Shown here piece by piece: positions 11,966 through 21,439 of a stretch of 64,000 nucleotides of DNA. Each line of letters begins with the position of its first letter. The first letter of the stretch is position 1. The DNA comes from an uncultured Gammaproteobacteria bacterium (GTDB lineage: Bacteria > Pseudomonadota > Gammaproteobacteria > DRLM01), in NCBI GenBank assembly GCA_963729605.1, contig CAVSNY010000004.1, positions 160,001-224,000 of the forward strand. The letters are read 5' to 3'. Both the position numbers and the translations under genes were made by a program. The notes beneath the pieces were generated by a model that saw only the letters and a program-made list of their open reading frames with translations, had not been told where the DNA came from and did no database searches.

Positions 11966-12870
11966 ATACCTACATCGACCAGCACCGGGATGCTTATGGG
12001 GTCGAGCCGATCTGCAAGGTGTTGCAGGTTGCCCCATCGGCCTACCGGCGCCATGCGGCCCGGCGGCGCGATCCGGATCTGCGCAGCGCCCGGGCCAAGC
12101 GCGATGAGGTATTGGTGTCGCATATTCAGCGTGTCTGGCACACCCACCTGCAGGTGTACGGCGCCGACAAAGTCTGGCGGCAGCTGAACCGCGAGGGCAT
12201 CGAGGTGGCCCGTTGTACGGTCGAGCGTCTGATGAAGCGCCTGGGCCTGCAGGGTGTGCGCCGTGGCAAGGCGGTTCGCACCACCGTGCCTGACCACTCG
12301 GCGCCACGCCCGCTGGACCGGGTCAATCGACAGTTCAAGGCGGACAGGCCCAACCAGCTCTGGGTGTCGGATTTCACGTATGTGTCGACCTGGCAGGGCT
12401 GGCTGTATGTGGCCTTCGTCATTGATGTCTTCGCCCGGCGCATCGTCGGTTGGCGGGTCAGCCGCACCATGGCCACGGACTTCGTGCTCGACGCACTGGA
12501 GCAAGCTCTGTACGCCCGGCAGCCCGAACCAGAGGATGCCCTGATCCATCACAGCGACAGGGGCTCGCAATACGTCTCGATCCGCTACACCGAGCGACTG
12601 GCCGAGGCCGGCATCGAGCCTTCGGTCGGCAGCAAGGGCGACAGCTACGATAACGCATTGGCCGAGACGATCAACGGGCTGTACAAGGCCGAGCTGATCC
12701 ATCGTCGGGGACCCTGGAAAACCCGGGAATCCGTGGAGCTGGCGACCCTGGAATGGGTCTCGTGGTTTAACCACCACCGGCTATTAGAGCCTCTGGGGTA
12801 TATCCCTCCAGCAGAAGCTGAGGCAAACTACTACAGGCAATACCGCCGTCATGCTGCGATTGCAGCATGA
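11923..12870 (+). CDS. IS3-family transposase OrfB (rve/DDE), fused to OrfA by a -1 frameshift
   Basis: The -1 frame is open from the TTTTTTC slippery run at 11923-11929 (…[21 protein letters not shown]…). DDE motifs [28 protein letters not shown]. Confidence 0.93.
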   Translation, partial: FFRTGGARPQTEVVNTYIDQHRDAYGVEPICKVLQVAPSAYRRHAARRRDPDLRSARAKRDEVLVSHIQRVWHTHLQVYGADKVWRQLNREGIEVARCTVERLMKRLGLQGVRRGKAVRTTVPDHSAPRPLDRVNRQFKADRPNQLWVSDFTYVSTWQGWLYVAFVIDVFARRIVGWRVSRTMATDFVLDALEQALYARQPEPEDALIHHSDRGSQYVSIRYTERLAEAGIEPSVGSKGDSYDNALAETINGLYKAELIHRRGPWKTRESVELATLEWVSWFNHHRLLEPLGYIPPAEAEANYYRQYRRHAAIAA

Positions 12871-12909
12871 CTTAAACCAAACAGCCTCCGCAAAACACGG
12901 GGCGGTTCA

Positions 12910-13346
12910 AGACGCCGTCCCGGGATGGCACCACGCACGTGATCTTTGAGCCGCTCGACTTCATCGCAAGACTGGCCGCGCTGGTGCCGAAGCCCAGAGT
13001 CAATCTGACCCGCTTCCACGGTGTGTTTGCACCTAACAGCCGGCACCGGGCGTTGGTGACACCCGCAAAGCGTGGCAGAGGCAACAAAGCCAAGCTGGCC
13101 GATGAACCGCCAACAGCCACCGAACGGCGAGCGTCGATGAGTTGGGCGCAGCGACTCAAGCGTGTTTTCAACATCGATATCGAGACATGCCGTGAGTGCG
13201 GTGGCGCCATGAAAGTCATTTCCTGCATTGAAGACCCGGTGGTGATTCAGAAGATCCTGAATCACCTGAAGGAAAAAGGTGAGTACCAGGATGCGTTTCG
13301 ATTGCCCGAGAGTCGCGGTCCACCACAACCGAGCTTATTTGGGTAA
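12910..13346 (+). pseudogene. 5'-truncated IS91-family (ISCR1/orf513-like) rolling-circle transposase
   Basis: TPSRDGTTHVIFEPLDFIARLAALVPKPRVNLTRFHGVFAPNSRHRALVTPAKRGRG…WAQRLKRVFNIDIETC..CGG is the characteristic ISCR C-terminus. The N-terminal portion is replaced by the IS3 element. Confidence 0.92.
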
Positions 13347-13542
13347 GGAAAATTCGTTCGAGAAACACAAGGACGTTGCCGGCGACACCCGGCAAGTGTC
13401 GCGCTCGGCCGCCGGTTCAGATTGGGCGGATCACAAGGCCGACTTTACCGGTTAGGCTACTGCAATAGCTGAGATTGAGAATGCCTGGCCGCGAAATGGT
13501 CGGGTTGGTTCGGGGTGGGCGGGGTAGTTGTTCAATGAAAAG

Positions 13543-13564
13543 GTGGTTTATACTTCCTATACTT
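13543..13564 (+). mobile_element. ISCR/IS91 oriIS end
   Basis: GTGGTTTATACTTCCTATAC lies ~200 bp after the transposase stop and matches the ISCR oriIS terminal motif in sequence and position. Confidence 0.85.
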
Positions 13565-13750
13565 CGGATATTTCCTGTGCCCGCGAGAAAATTCACCTAA
13601 CTTGTAATTACGCTTACGACCACTACGCTTTCTACATGGCGTTTACTCGCGCATGTCTCGTCGTTAGATTCCGGTCACGCGCTCCCCCCGATGAGGTATT
13701 CGACCCGTTGACGCCCAATCCTTGGGATGAGATACGCGCGGGAGTTGGTC

Positions 13751-14728
13751 ATGTCCTACATGTCGAAGGCGTCCAACGGGTTCACACGGATGTTCGCGCC
13801 GCGCCGCCTAACGCTGGGCGTATTTTTTCCGATCGAGGCGTTCCAGGGCGATCAACCCACGATGCACAACCAGGAGCGCCGCGCGCGCCGCGCGGAGGAG
13901 CTCGGCTTCGCGGCGCTGTGGTTCCGCGATGTGCCGTTGCGCGATCCGAGCTTCGGCGACGTCGGCCAACTGTACGATCCGTGGGTCTATCTCGGCTGGA
14001 TCGCCGCGCAGACCCGCCGCATCTCGCTCGCGACCGGCTCGATCGTGCTGCCGCTGCGCCATCCCTTGCACACCGCGAAGGCCGCGGCCTCGGTCGACCG
14101 GCTGTCCGACAACCGGCTTGTGCTCGGCGTCGCGTCGGGCGACAGGCCCGTGGAGTTCCCGGCGTTCGGCGTCGACTACGAGCGGCGCTCCGAGCTGTTC
14201 CGCGAGAACTTCCGCGTGATGCGCACGGTGCTGAGCGAGGAGTTTCCGCGCCTGCGTTCTTTGTACGGCACGCTGGCCGGGACGGCCGATCTCGTGCCCA
14301 AGCCGCCCGCGCCGCTGCGCATGCTCGTGACCGGCCACGCCGGCCAGCGCCTCGAGTGGATCGCCGAGCATGCCGACGGCTGGATCACCTATCCGCGCGA
14401 GCTCGAGCGCCAGGCCGAGGTCGCGGCGCACTGGCGTGCGGCGGTCGACGTCGCTGCGCCCGGCGAGTTCAAGCCGTTCGCGCAGTCGCTGTACCTCGAC
14501 CTCGTCGACGATACCGATACGCCCGCGACGCCGATCCACCTCGGCTTTCGCAGCGGCCGCAACGTCCTCTTGCGTTTTCTCGACACCTTGCGGGCGATCG
14601 GCGTCAATCACGTCATTCTCAATTTCAAATACGGGACGCGCGACGCGGCCGAAGTGCTTGAAGAGATCGGCCAGGAAATACTGCCGCAGCTAGAAGCCGG
14701 GGCCGCGAATACGGCGGCCGGCGTCTAG
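13751..14728 (+). CDS. LLM-class (luciferase-like) flavin-dependent oxidoreductase
   Basis: GFAALWFRDVPLRDPSFGDVGQLYDPWVYLG, GVASGDRPVEFPAFG and ADGWITYPR motifs; GGAG RBS before ATG 13751. Confidence 0.88.
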   Translation: MSYMSKASNGFTRMFAPRRLTLGVFFPIEAFQGDQPTMHNQERRARRAEELGFAALWFRDVPLRDPSFGDVGQLYDPWVYLGWIAAQTRRISLATGSIVLPLRHPLHTAKAAASVDRLSDNRLVLGVASGDRPVEFPAFGVDYERRSELFRENFRVMRTVLSEEFPRLRSLYGTLAGTADLVPKPPAPLRMLVTGHAGQRLEWIAEHADGWITYPRELERQAEVAAHWRAAVDVAAPGEFKPFAQSLYLDLVDDTDTPATPIHLGFRSGRNVLLRFLDTLRAIGVNHVILNFKYGTRDAAEVLEEIGQEILPQLEAGAANTAAGV

Positions 14729-14845
14729 CCGTAAGCTTCGTCGCGGTCGCGCTGCATCGCGACGCATGGCGGCGCCCGCCGCAAATCTCATGTACGCGCG
14801 AGGTGCCAGGGACTTGGTATTTAAGATTAAACAAGGAGTATTGCG

Positions 14846-15484
14846 ATGAAAAGTTCAGCTACTACCGGCACCGCGACCAGCGGTGCCGAGATGCATGACC
14901 GGCATCTGCCGCCGTGGTGGATGCTGGCGTTGCGCGGCGTCGTCGCCGTGTTGTTCGGTGTCGCCGCCGTGCTGTGGCCTGAGATCACCTTGTTATGGCT
15001 GGCCGTGCTGTTCGCCGCGTTTGCGATCGTCGCAGGCGCGGTGTCGATCGCCGCCGCGGTCACGCAGCGGCGGACCGAGCAGGATTGGTGGCTCACGCTG
15101 ATGCTCGGCCTGGTCGGTGTCGGTGCCGGCGCGATAGCGCTGCTGCATCCCCACCTCTCGGCACTGGTGCTGGTGCTGCTGATCGGCGCCTACATGCTGA
15201 TGTCCGGTGTCCTCGATATCGCGCTCGCGGTCCAGCTGCGCAAGACGATCAGGCGCGAATGGCTGCTGATAATGAACGGCATCCTCGCCGTCGTATTCGG
15301 CGTGCTGGTGTTCTTGTTTCCCGCGGCGGGCGCGCTCGCGCTGGTGTGGCTGATCAGCGCCTACGCGATCATCACCGGCGCACTGTTCCTGACGCTGGCA
15401 TTCCGCGCCCGCGGCTGGACCAAGGGCAGCACCGTGCCGCCGGGGGCCGTTCCGCCCGGCAATCTCGCCGCCGGCAGCACCTGA
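14846..15484 (+). CDS. HdeD/DUF308-family membrane protein
   Basis: WWMLALRGVVAVLFG…WP start, about six hydrophobic helices, duplicated DUF308 pattern; AAGGAG RBS. Confidence 0.85.
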   Translation: MKSSATTGTATSGAEMHDRHLPPWWMLALRGVVAVLFGVAAVLWPEITLLWLAVLFAAFAIVAGAVSIAAAVTQRRTEQDWWLTLMLGLVGVGAGAIALLHPHLSALVLVLLIGAYMLMSGVLDIALAVQLRKTIRREWLLIMNGILAVVFGVLVFLFPAAGALALVWLISAYAIITGALFLTLAFRARGWTKGSTVPPGAVPPGNLAAGST

Positions 15485-15618
15485 GGCGGCACGGCGGCGC
15501 AAATCGACCGCACAAACGATGAATGATGCGCACGGCCCGCGGCGGGCCTCTGCTTAAAACGATGGTGCGGCGCGTAGCGCCGTGCCGCCCGACCAGACGA
15601 ATGAAAAGGAGTCATCCC

Positions 15619-16047
15619 ATGAACAGGACCCTCACCAGCACAGTCATCGTTACCTCGCTTTGCGGCCTGCTGCTGATCGGCGAGGCGACGGCGCAGAAGG
15701 ACACGCCGCCGACCGCGGCGGCCGCGCCCGTCGCCGGCGTGGTGCCGCTGGGCGTCACGATCGCCGAGACCCAGCTCATCGCCACGGGCTGGCGCGCAAG
15801 CAAACTGATCGGCGCCGAGGTCCTCAACGACGCCGGCGACAAGGTCGGCGAGATCGACGATTTCGTCGTGAGCCCCGACGGCACCCTGACCATCGCCGTG
15901 GTGCAGGTGGGGGGCTTCCTCGGCCTCGGTAGCCATCTCGTCGCGGTTCCGGTGCGGCAGTTCACCAAATTCGCACCCAAGGCCGTGCTGCCCGGCGCCC
16001 GCAAGGAGGAGCTGAAGAAGCTGCCGTCGTTCAAATACGCGCAGTAG
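15619..16047 (+). CDS. Exported PRC-barrel domain protein
   Basis: Signal-peptide-like N-terminus; WRASKLIGAEVLNDAGDKVGEIDD…VGGFLGLGSHLVAVP PRC-barrel signature; AAGGAG RBS before ATG 15619. Confidence 0.85.
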   Translation: MNRTLTSTVIVTSLCGLLLIGEATAQKDTPPTAAAAPVAGVVPLGVTIAETQLIATGWRASKLIGAEVLNDAGDKVGEIDDFVVSPDGTLTIAVVQVGGFLGLGSHLVAVPVRQFTKFAPKAVLPGARKEELKKLPSFKYAQ

Positions 16048-16163
16048 CGACCGCCGCCGATGGCATGGGCCCGGCCCGGCGCGTCGAGATTCACTGACCT
16101 CGGCGCGCCGGCGATGAAGATGGCCGCCGGCGCGCGGCCGTAACGTCCCGATCGGAGAACGCC

Positions 16164-17372
16164 ATGTCCGTATCCGCCGTATCCACCGAGCGCGCTGCGC
16201 CGGCACAGGGCTCGAAGGAATTGCTGTTCGAGCCGATCCAGCTCGGCCGTTATCACCTGCCGCATCGCATCGTGATGGCGCCGCTGACGCGCTCGCGCGC
16301 GCGCCAGCCCGGCAACGTCCCCGGTCCGCTCAACGCCTGCTACTACGCGCAGCGGGCTTCGGCCGCGCTGATCATCTCGGAGGCGACGCAGATCTCGATG
16401 CAGGGCCAGGGCTATGCGTGGACGCCCGGGATACACAGCCGCGAGCAGGTCGAAGGCTGGCGGCTCGTCACCGAGGCGGTGCATGCGGCGGGCGGGCGCA
16501 TCTTCATGCAGCTTTGGCACGTCGGCCGCATCTCGCATCCGGCGCTGCAGCCCGACCACATGCCGCCGGTCGCGCCGTCGGCGATCAAACCGGCCGGCCA
16601 GGCCTTCATCGAGAACGAGCGCGGCGAAGGCGAGCTCGTGCCGTTCGTCGCGCCGCGGGGCTTGCAGCTGATCGAGATGCCGTATCTCGTGCAGCAGTAC
16701 GTGCGCGCCGCGCGCAACGCGATGCACGCGGGCTTCGACGGCGTCGAGGTCCATGCCGCGAACGGCTATCTGCTCGACCAGTTCCTGTGCACCGGCACCA
16801 ACCGGCGCGACGACGAGTACGGCGGCAAGGTCGCACACCGCGCGCAGCTGCTGCTCGAGGTGGTCGACGCGGTGGCCGGCGTCTGGGGCGCCGACCGCGT
16901 CGGCGTGCGGCTGTCGCCGCTCGGCGCGATGAACGACATCCGCGACGACGATCCCGAGCAGACCCACGGCTACGTCGCCGAGCAGCTGACGCTGCGCAAC
17001 CTCGCGTATCTGCACCTCGTCAATCCGGCGATCACCGCGCTCGAGAACAAGGCCGCGCCCGAGCTGCGCGCGCTGCGCCTGGTCGAGCTGCTGCGCGAGC
17101 GCTATCGCGGCGTGCTGATGCTCGCGGGCGGCTTCGACCGCGACAGCGCAGAGGAGTGGCTCGAGCAGGGACGGGCGGACGTGATCGCGTTCGGCCGCAA
17201 GTTCATCGCCAACCCCGATCTGCCGGAGCGCCTGCGCGTGCGCGCGCCGCTGACCGACGACGACCGCACCACGTACTACGGCGGCGGCGCCCGCGGCTAC
17301 ACCGACTACCCGTCACTCGCGCAGCAGCGCGGCGAGGAGCCCCAGCCCTGCGTCGACGAGAGCTGGCGCTAG
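16164..17372 (+). CDS. Alkene reductase, Old Yellow Enzyme family (NemA-like)
   Basis: RIVMAPLTRSRA, YYAQRASA, QLWHVGRISH, GFDGVEVHAANGYLLDQF, FGRKFIANPDL, GYTDYP motifs. Confidence 0.93.
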   Translation: MSVSAVSTERAAPAQGSKELLFEPIQLGRYHLPHRIVMAPLTRSRARQPGNVPGPLNACYYAQRASAALIISEATQISMQGQGYAWTPGIHSREQVEGWRLVTEAVHAAGGRIFMQLWHVGRISHPALQPDHMPPVAPSAIKPAGQAFIENERGEGELVPFVAPRGLQLIEMPYLVQQYVRAARNAMHAGFDGVEVHAANGYLLDQFLCTGTNRRDDEYGGKVAHRAQLLLEVVDAVAGVWGADRVGVRLSPLGAMNDIRDDDPEQTHGYVAEQLTLRNLAYLHLVNPAITALENKAAPELRALRLVELLRERYRGVLMLAGGFDRDSAEEWLEQGRADVIAFGRKFIANPDLPERLRVRAPLTDDDRTTYYGGGARGYTDYPSLAQQRGEEPQPCVDESWR

Positions 17373-17457
17373 CGCGGGTGCGGTATGAATCGTCGTTTCC
17401 GCCGAACGGCCTCGGGCTGATCTTCAATTTCCGCATTCGTGAGGTTTGACATATCGG

Positions 17458-18604
17458 CTATAAACCCACCTTGCTTCCGGCCTTCAATTCATCGAGATAG
17501 TCCGCCCAGCGTTGCATCATGTCGCGACGTTCCTCGAGGAACTTGGTGCGGTTATAGGCGGCGCCAAGGGCACCCGGCACGCGGTGTGCGAGTTGATGCT
17601 CGATGACTTCCGGTTTTACGCCTAGTTCCTGATGCAGGATTGTTCGCGCCATGGCCCGGAAGCCGTGGCCGGTGATCTCGGTTTTCGTGTCGTAACCCAT
17701 ACGGCGTAGGGCGGCATTCAGCGCCGCTTCGCTCATGGATTTTCGAGGATCTCGCCCAGGAAATACAAATTGGCGATTACTCGTTAGGGCATAAAGTTCT
17801 CGCAGGATTATTACCGCCTGTGTTGCGAGCGGCACGAGATGTTCAGTTTTGGTCTTGGTGATGAAATAACGCCATTCACCTTTTTTGAGGTCAAACTCTG
17901 GCCATTGCGCTTTGCGTAATTCACCAGGGCGCACAAAAAACAGGGGCGCCAGCTTCAATGCGCATTGCACAACGAACGTGCCGCGGAAGCCGTCAATGGC
18001 GCGCAACAATTCTCCTACCGCGGCTGGCTCTGTTATGGCAGCAAAATGTTTGTGCTTGACCGGTGCCAGCGCACCACGCAGATCGCTGGAAGGATCGCGC
18101 TCGGCGCGCCCAGTCGCGACGGCGTAACGGAAAATCTGACCGCAGTTTTGATGAGCCCGATGGGCGGTGTCCAGCGCGCCACGGTTTTCGATTCGGCGTA
18201 ACACGCTGAGTAATTGCGGAGCCGTTATCTCCGCAATCGGCTTACTACCAATCCAAGGAAACACGTCCTTTTCCAATCGTTGAATAATTTTTTCGGAATG
18301 GGAGGTTGCCCAGGTAGGGGAGTATTTTGCGAACCACTCTCGCGCAACGGTCTCAAAGCTGTTCGTAGCCCGGTCTGTCTTTGATGCTTTTGCAGCCTTG
18401 CGGTTTTCGCCGGGGTCGATGCCGCAAGCTAATAACTTGCGGGCCTCATCACGCCGCTCTCGGGCCGCTTTGAGCCCGACCTCGGGGTAAACTCCCATCG
18501 AAAGGGTTTTACGTTTGCCTGAGAAGCGGTAGTCCAGTCGCCACCATCTGCCTCCGGCAGGAGTGAGGTTTGACCGCTCGAATCGCGGTGTCGGTAAGGG
18601 GCAT
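17458..18604 (-). pseudogene. P4-type (IntA-like) tyrosine integrase with N-terminal deletion and frameshift
   Basis: Catalytic motifs are intact (FVRPGELR, HGFRAMART, HQLAH, AYNR). The true start MPLTDTAIRAVKP (ATG at 18604) is out of frame with LTPAGGRWWRLDYRFSGKRKTLSMGVYP. The usual KLxDGxGLxL segment is missing. Confidence 0.85.
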
Positions 18605-18642
18605 GACGGTAACTCATATTGACGGTGGCTGAGTTACCGTCA
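18604..18642. repeat. Perfect 13-bp inverted repeat with three TGACGGT boxes; probable integrase arm-type binding sites
   Basis: TGACGGTAACTCA (18604-18616) and TGAGTTACCGTCA (18630-18642), with a third TGACGGT at 18620, between the int start and the tRNA 3' end. Confidence 0.7.
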
Positions 18643-18755
18643 GTTACTGCCGGATTTCAATAGACCTGTAGCGACAGCTATGGACGTCGTAGAGGCAGTT
18701 TCTATTGATTTTAAGGAAGTTTTTGGACTTCGTAGGATGTTCTAGGATATGCAAT

Positions 18756-18831
<76 letters not shown>

Positions 18832-18877
18832 AACGTTTTGATTTTCAAAGTGTATGGATCCAATTTGGACCCAGACA

Positions 18878-18891
18878 GGGCGCACATTCTA
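18878..18891 (-). promoter_or_regulatory. Probable sigma70 -10 box and GC-rich discriminator of the tRNA promoter
   Basis: Minus strand TAGAAT-GTGCGCCC about 50 nt upstream of the tRNA 5' end; no good -35 seen. Confidence 0.45.
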
Positions 18892-18919
18892 ACACCTGTC
18901 GCAGTGAACCGCTAGCTAC

Positions 18920-19618
18920 TCATGCCCCTGCACGCGGGGTTTTTCGAATCGCGTCGCGTTCCAGGAGGGTGATGAATTTTTGCAGGATGCGGCGCTGAAG
19001 GGGATCGAGGCCTTGGAACTGGCCGCCGAATTGACAACCGTCGGCGCCGCGGGTGGAGGAACGCAGATCGATGCGGCATTCGATGGGGTCGCTCCCCGGC
19101 AATTGAAAGCGGCAGGTGAGGGAGGCGCCGACGTTGAGGTCGAGGGCTTCGGGTTCGTCGGCCTTGATGCGTAGTCCGCCCAGTGAGATGTCTTGCAGGG
19201 TGCCGCTGATCGTGCCGCCCCCGGGCAGGTCGATTTGCACGTCGGTGTTGAAGGCACGGCTGACTCTTGGGCGAAAGTGGGCGCGACGCTGGCCGTAGCT
19301 GATGGTGTCGGGCAGGGCCACCCGGTAGTAGGCGATGTCGTTTTGCCGGCCGCTGGTGATGAGCGTGGCGGTGAAGGAAACCGTCACGCCCTTGAGGCTG
19401 GTCCGCACCTGGCAGCGTCGTTGCTGCAAAAATAGGTCGTGGCCGCTGTCGGGTTTAAGTTCGTCGAGCACCAAGTAAGCTTGTTCGGCGTTGATTTCCA
19501 AGAGGGCGCTATTGAATTGATGCGCATCGCCGTTCAGGGTGATCGCCAGTAGGCACCGTCCCTCATGGAGGCGTTGCAAGAGGCTGAGGATTTGTGGCCG
19601 AAAGCGGATGTGTTCCAT
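18920..19618 (-). CDS. ycgR: Flagellar brake protein, YcgR-like (PilZ domain)
   Basis: QRRAHFR (RxxxR) and DISLGG (DxSxxG) PilZ motifs after a YcgR-type N-domain; located downstream of flgN. Confidence 0.85.
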   Translation of the reverse strand: MEHIRFRPQILSLLQRLHEGRCLLAITLNGDAHQFNSALLEINAEQAYLVLDELKPDSGHDLFLQQRRCQVRTSLKGVTVSFTATLITSGRQNDIAYYRVALPDTISYGQRRAHFRPRVSRAFNTDVQIDLPGGGTISGTLQDISLGGLRIKADEPEALDLNVGASLTCRFQLPGSDPIECRIDLRSSTRGADGCQFGGQFQGLDPLQRRILQKFITLLERDAIRKTPRAGA

Positions 19619-19696
19619 GCGAACGTTACGTTAGCCAAGTCATTCCTTATTGATTTGGAATGAGCGTTGTTGTCGGGTCGCCGGATATGGGTTTGG

Positions 19697-20182
19697 TTAG
19701 ACCCGGCCTAATGTGCGCGAAGCGACTCCATTGGGTGCGTGGCCCGTGGGATTGTAACAGGCTTCGTCCTGGGCGGTACCGCCGCGCAGGATGGCGAGCG
19801 CCTGTTGGGTTTGCCGCTGGTGGATGACGACGACTTTGCCGTTGAGGAGATTTTGTTCCCGGCAACGGGAGAGCGATTCTTTTATTTTCCGCCACAAGGG
19901 TTCCAAGTCGAAGTGGCCCTCGGGATCGCAATGGCGCAGATAAGCCACGATACCCTGTTCATTGACGGCAAACCCGGCTCGGGTAAGCCAATCCGAGTGT
20001 ATCCGCGTGTCTTGTTCCAGCGCCTGCAGGCAAATTTGCTTGGCCTCGGTGGCGGCTTCGATACCCGGTAGCGAACCGCTGGTCAAGGCCGCGCGCTCGT
20101 CCTGGAGGACGGCGGCGAGACGCGACACGTTCTGGTGTTGGCGATCGAGTAAGGTTTTGAGTTCCCGCGCGGCTGGATTCAT
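19697..20182 (-). CDS. flgN: Flagellar export chaperone FlgN
   Basis: Helical protein with CREQNLLNG and C-terminal YNPTG; position after flgM. Confidence 0.88.
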   Translation of the reverse strand: MNPAARELKTLLDRQHQNVSRLAAVLQDERAALTSGSLPGIEAATEAKQICLQALEQDTRIHSDWLTRAGFAVNEQGIVAYLRHCDPEGHFDLEPLWRKIKESLSRCREQNLLNGKVVVIHQRQTQQALAILRGGTAQDEACYNPTGHAPNGVASRTLGRV

Positions 20183-20194
20183 AGGTGGCTAACG

Positions 20195-20527
20195 TTATCT
20201 TTGGTTGAGTTCGGTGAGTTGACGCGCGTTTTCAAAGCGCAGCATTTTTTCCGCGACGCGGGCTGCATTGAATTCATAATGCCCGGCATTGAGCGCTTGC
20301 CGGACGTTGTCGACCCGGGCGAGGTCCACCACCGGTTGCGTCGCGATCATGGTTCCCAGTTTATGGAGCTGGGACGCGGTATCGCTCAAGGTCACGGTGT
20401 CCGTGGTCTGCCCTTGCCCAGTCTGTTTTTGCGCGGCCGTCGGTTCGTTACGGTTGGTCTGGCCATGCGAATCGGCTCTGGCGCTCGATAACTGTGCAGG
20501 GGTGTGCCTGGTTATCTCGATTGCCAT
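20195..20527 (-). CDS. flgM: Anti-sigma28 factor FlgM
   Basis: DTVTLSD…VDLARVDNVRQALNAGHYEFNAARVAEKML C-terminal motif. Confidence 0.93.
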   Translation of the reverse strand: MAIEITRHTPAQLSSARADSHGQTNRNEPTAAQKQTGQGQTTDTVTLSDTASQLHKLGTMIATQPVVDLARVDNVRQALNAGHYEFNAARVAEKMLRFENARQLTELNQR

Positions 20528-20556
20528 ACTGCTACCTCTTTCACTGCCTGCTAATA

Positions 20557-20583
20557 CTAACGGCCGTCAAATTATCTGCTTTA
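20557..20583 (-). promoter_or_regulatory. Sigma28 (FliA) promoter of flgM
   Basis: Minus strand TAAAGCAG-N11-GCCGTTAG upstream of flgM. Confidence 0.7.
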
Positions 20584-20619
20584 GGCGATGCTCGCCAATT
20601 AATTGACGACGCTCACCCG

Positions 20620-21369
20620 TTAGAGGGTAACCTGAACCACGCCCGCCTGAATCACGGTGGCTTCCAACGTCCGTTTGGATAGCACATTTCGTACCGTAAT
20701 ACGGTCTCCCTTCGCGCCGTCCTTCAGGGCGGTGCCTTGCATGCGGACATCGACCCCCGGGATCGTGGCCAAGATCACAATCTGTTGGCCGCGGCGGATC
20801 AGGGGCGGGGTACTCAAGGCCTGGAGACCGAGTACCGTGCGCGACGCCAGCGGGCGTTTGGCCACTTTGCCGATAACTTCATTGAGGTCAGTAAGATAGT
20901 CCTGGTTGGCACCGATTTCCCGCAGCTCGAGACGGATATCCTCCGGGCCGATGAGCGTACCGCGGAGCAGGGGGCGTTGTGTCACCACCACCTCTCGGCT
21001 GGCCTTGACCTCGGCGGAAACATAGAGGGTCCAGGGCTTTTGCCCCTCACAATTGACCCCCACGGTGGTGTTGCCCGGCAAGCGGCTGCCGGGGGGGAGG
21101 AAGGCCCGCAGGGGTTTTTCACAGGCCGTGAGCTGCAGGCGCGGGTCGAGTTTGCCGATCTCGACTTTATGGGATGAAAAATCCTTACCGATATTCTCAT
21201 TAATATAGTGTTTGGCCGCCGCCTCAATGGCGCTGTGCGATTGATGGGGCTCCGTATCGGCCCAGGTGTCGGTGAACAGTGCCGGCACGATCAGCGCGAA
21301 GGCCAACCAGGTGCGGCCGCGCGATTTTGGCGGACGGCCAATACTCATGTGCAGTGAGTCCTTCATCAT
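20620..21369 (-). CDS. flgA: P-ring assembly chaperone FlgA
   Basis: LDPRLQLTAC, VGVNCEGQKPWTLYV, SAF domain, GTALKDGAKGDRITVRN; the exact start is uncertain. Confidence 0.93.
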   Translation of the reverse strand: MMKDSLHMSIGRPPKSRGRTWLAFALIVPALFTDTWADTEPHQSHSAIEAAAKHYINENIGKDFSSHKVEIGKLDPRLQLTACEKPLRAFLPPGSRLPGNTTVGVNCEGQKPWTLYVSAEVKASREVVVTQRPLLRGTLIGPEDIRLELREIGANQDYLTDLNEVIGKVAKRPLASRTVLGLQALSTPPLIRRGQQIVILATIPGVDVRMQGTALKDGAKGDRITVRNVLSKRTLEATVIQAGVVQVTL

Positions 21370-21413
21370 CTCTCCGCGATTGCAGGTTGATCGTTAATTG
21401 TCGTTGAACAACA

Positions 21414-21429
21414 AGCAAGGTCTATGCCG
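21414..21429 (-). promoter_or_regulatory. Sigma54 promoter of flgA
   Basis: Minus strand CGGCAT-AGACC-TTGCT (-24/-12). Confidence 0.65.
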
Positions 21430-21439
21430 TTATCCGGCT

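Larger units (their letters stand above)
11592..12909 (+). mobile_element. IS3-family insertion sequence (IS51 group-like ends), 1318 bp
   Basis: 5'-TG...CA-3' ends. Terminal IRs TGAACCGCCCCTGGTTTTGAGGAGGCT and TGAACCGCCCCGTGTTTTGCGGAGGCT match at 24/27. orfA/orfB organisation. No flanking direct repeat (…GAAAC | AGACG…). Confidence 0.97.

Noticed and set aside
11584-12777. 397-aa antisense ORF over the IS3 element and other long antisense ORFs over GC-rich genes (e.g. 15612-17015, 45913-47406, 48880-50454)
   Set aside because: Shadow ORFs opposite well-supported genes; no recognisable motifs.
13594-13669. ACCTAAC…GTTAGAT pair resembling integron attC R''/R' boxes next to the ISCR end
   Set aside because: The internal sequence does not form the extended attC palindrome, and there is no integron integrase or cassette array.
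18899-18910. Minus-strand GTTCACTGC upstream of the tRNA matching the start of the CRISPR repeat
   Set aside because: Only a 9-nt match with no hairpin; expected by chance.
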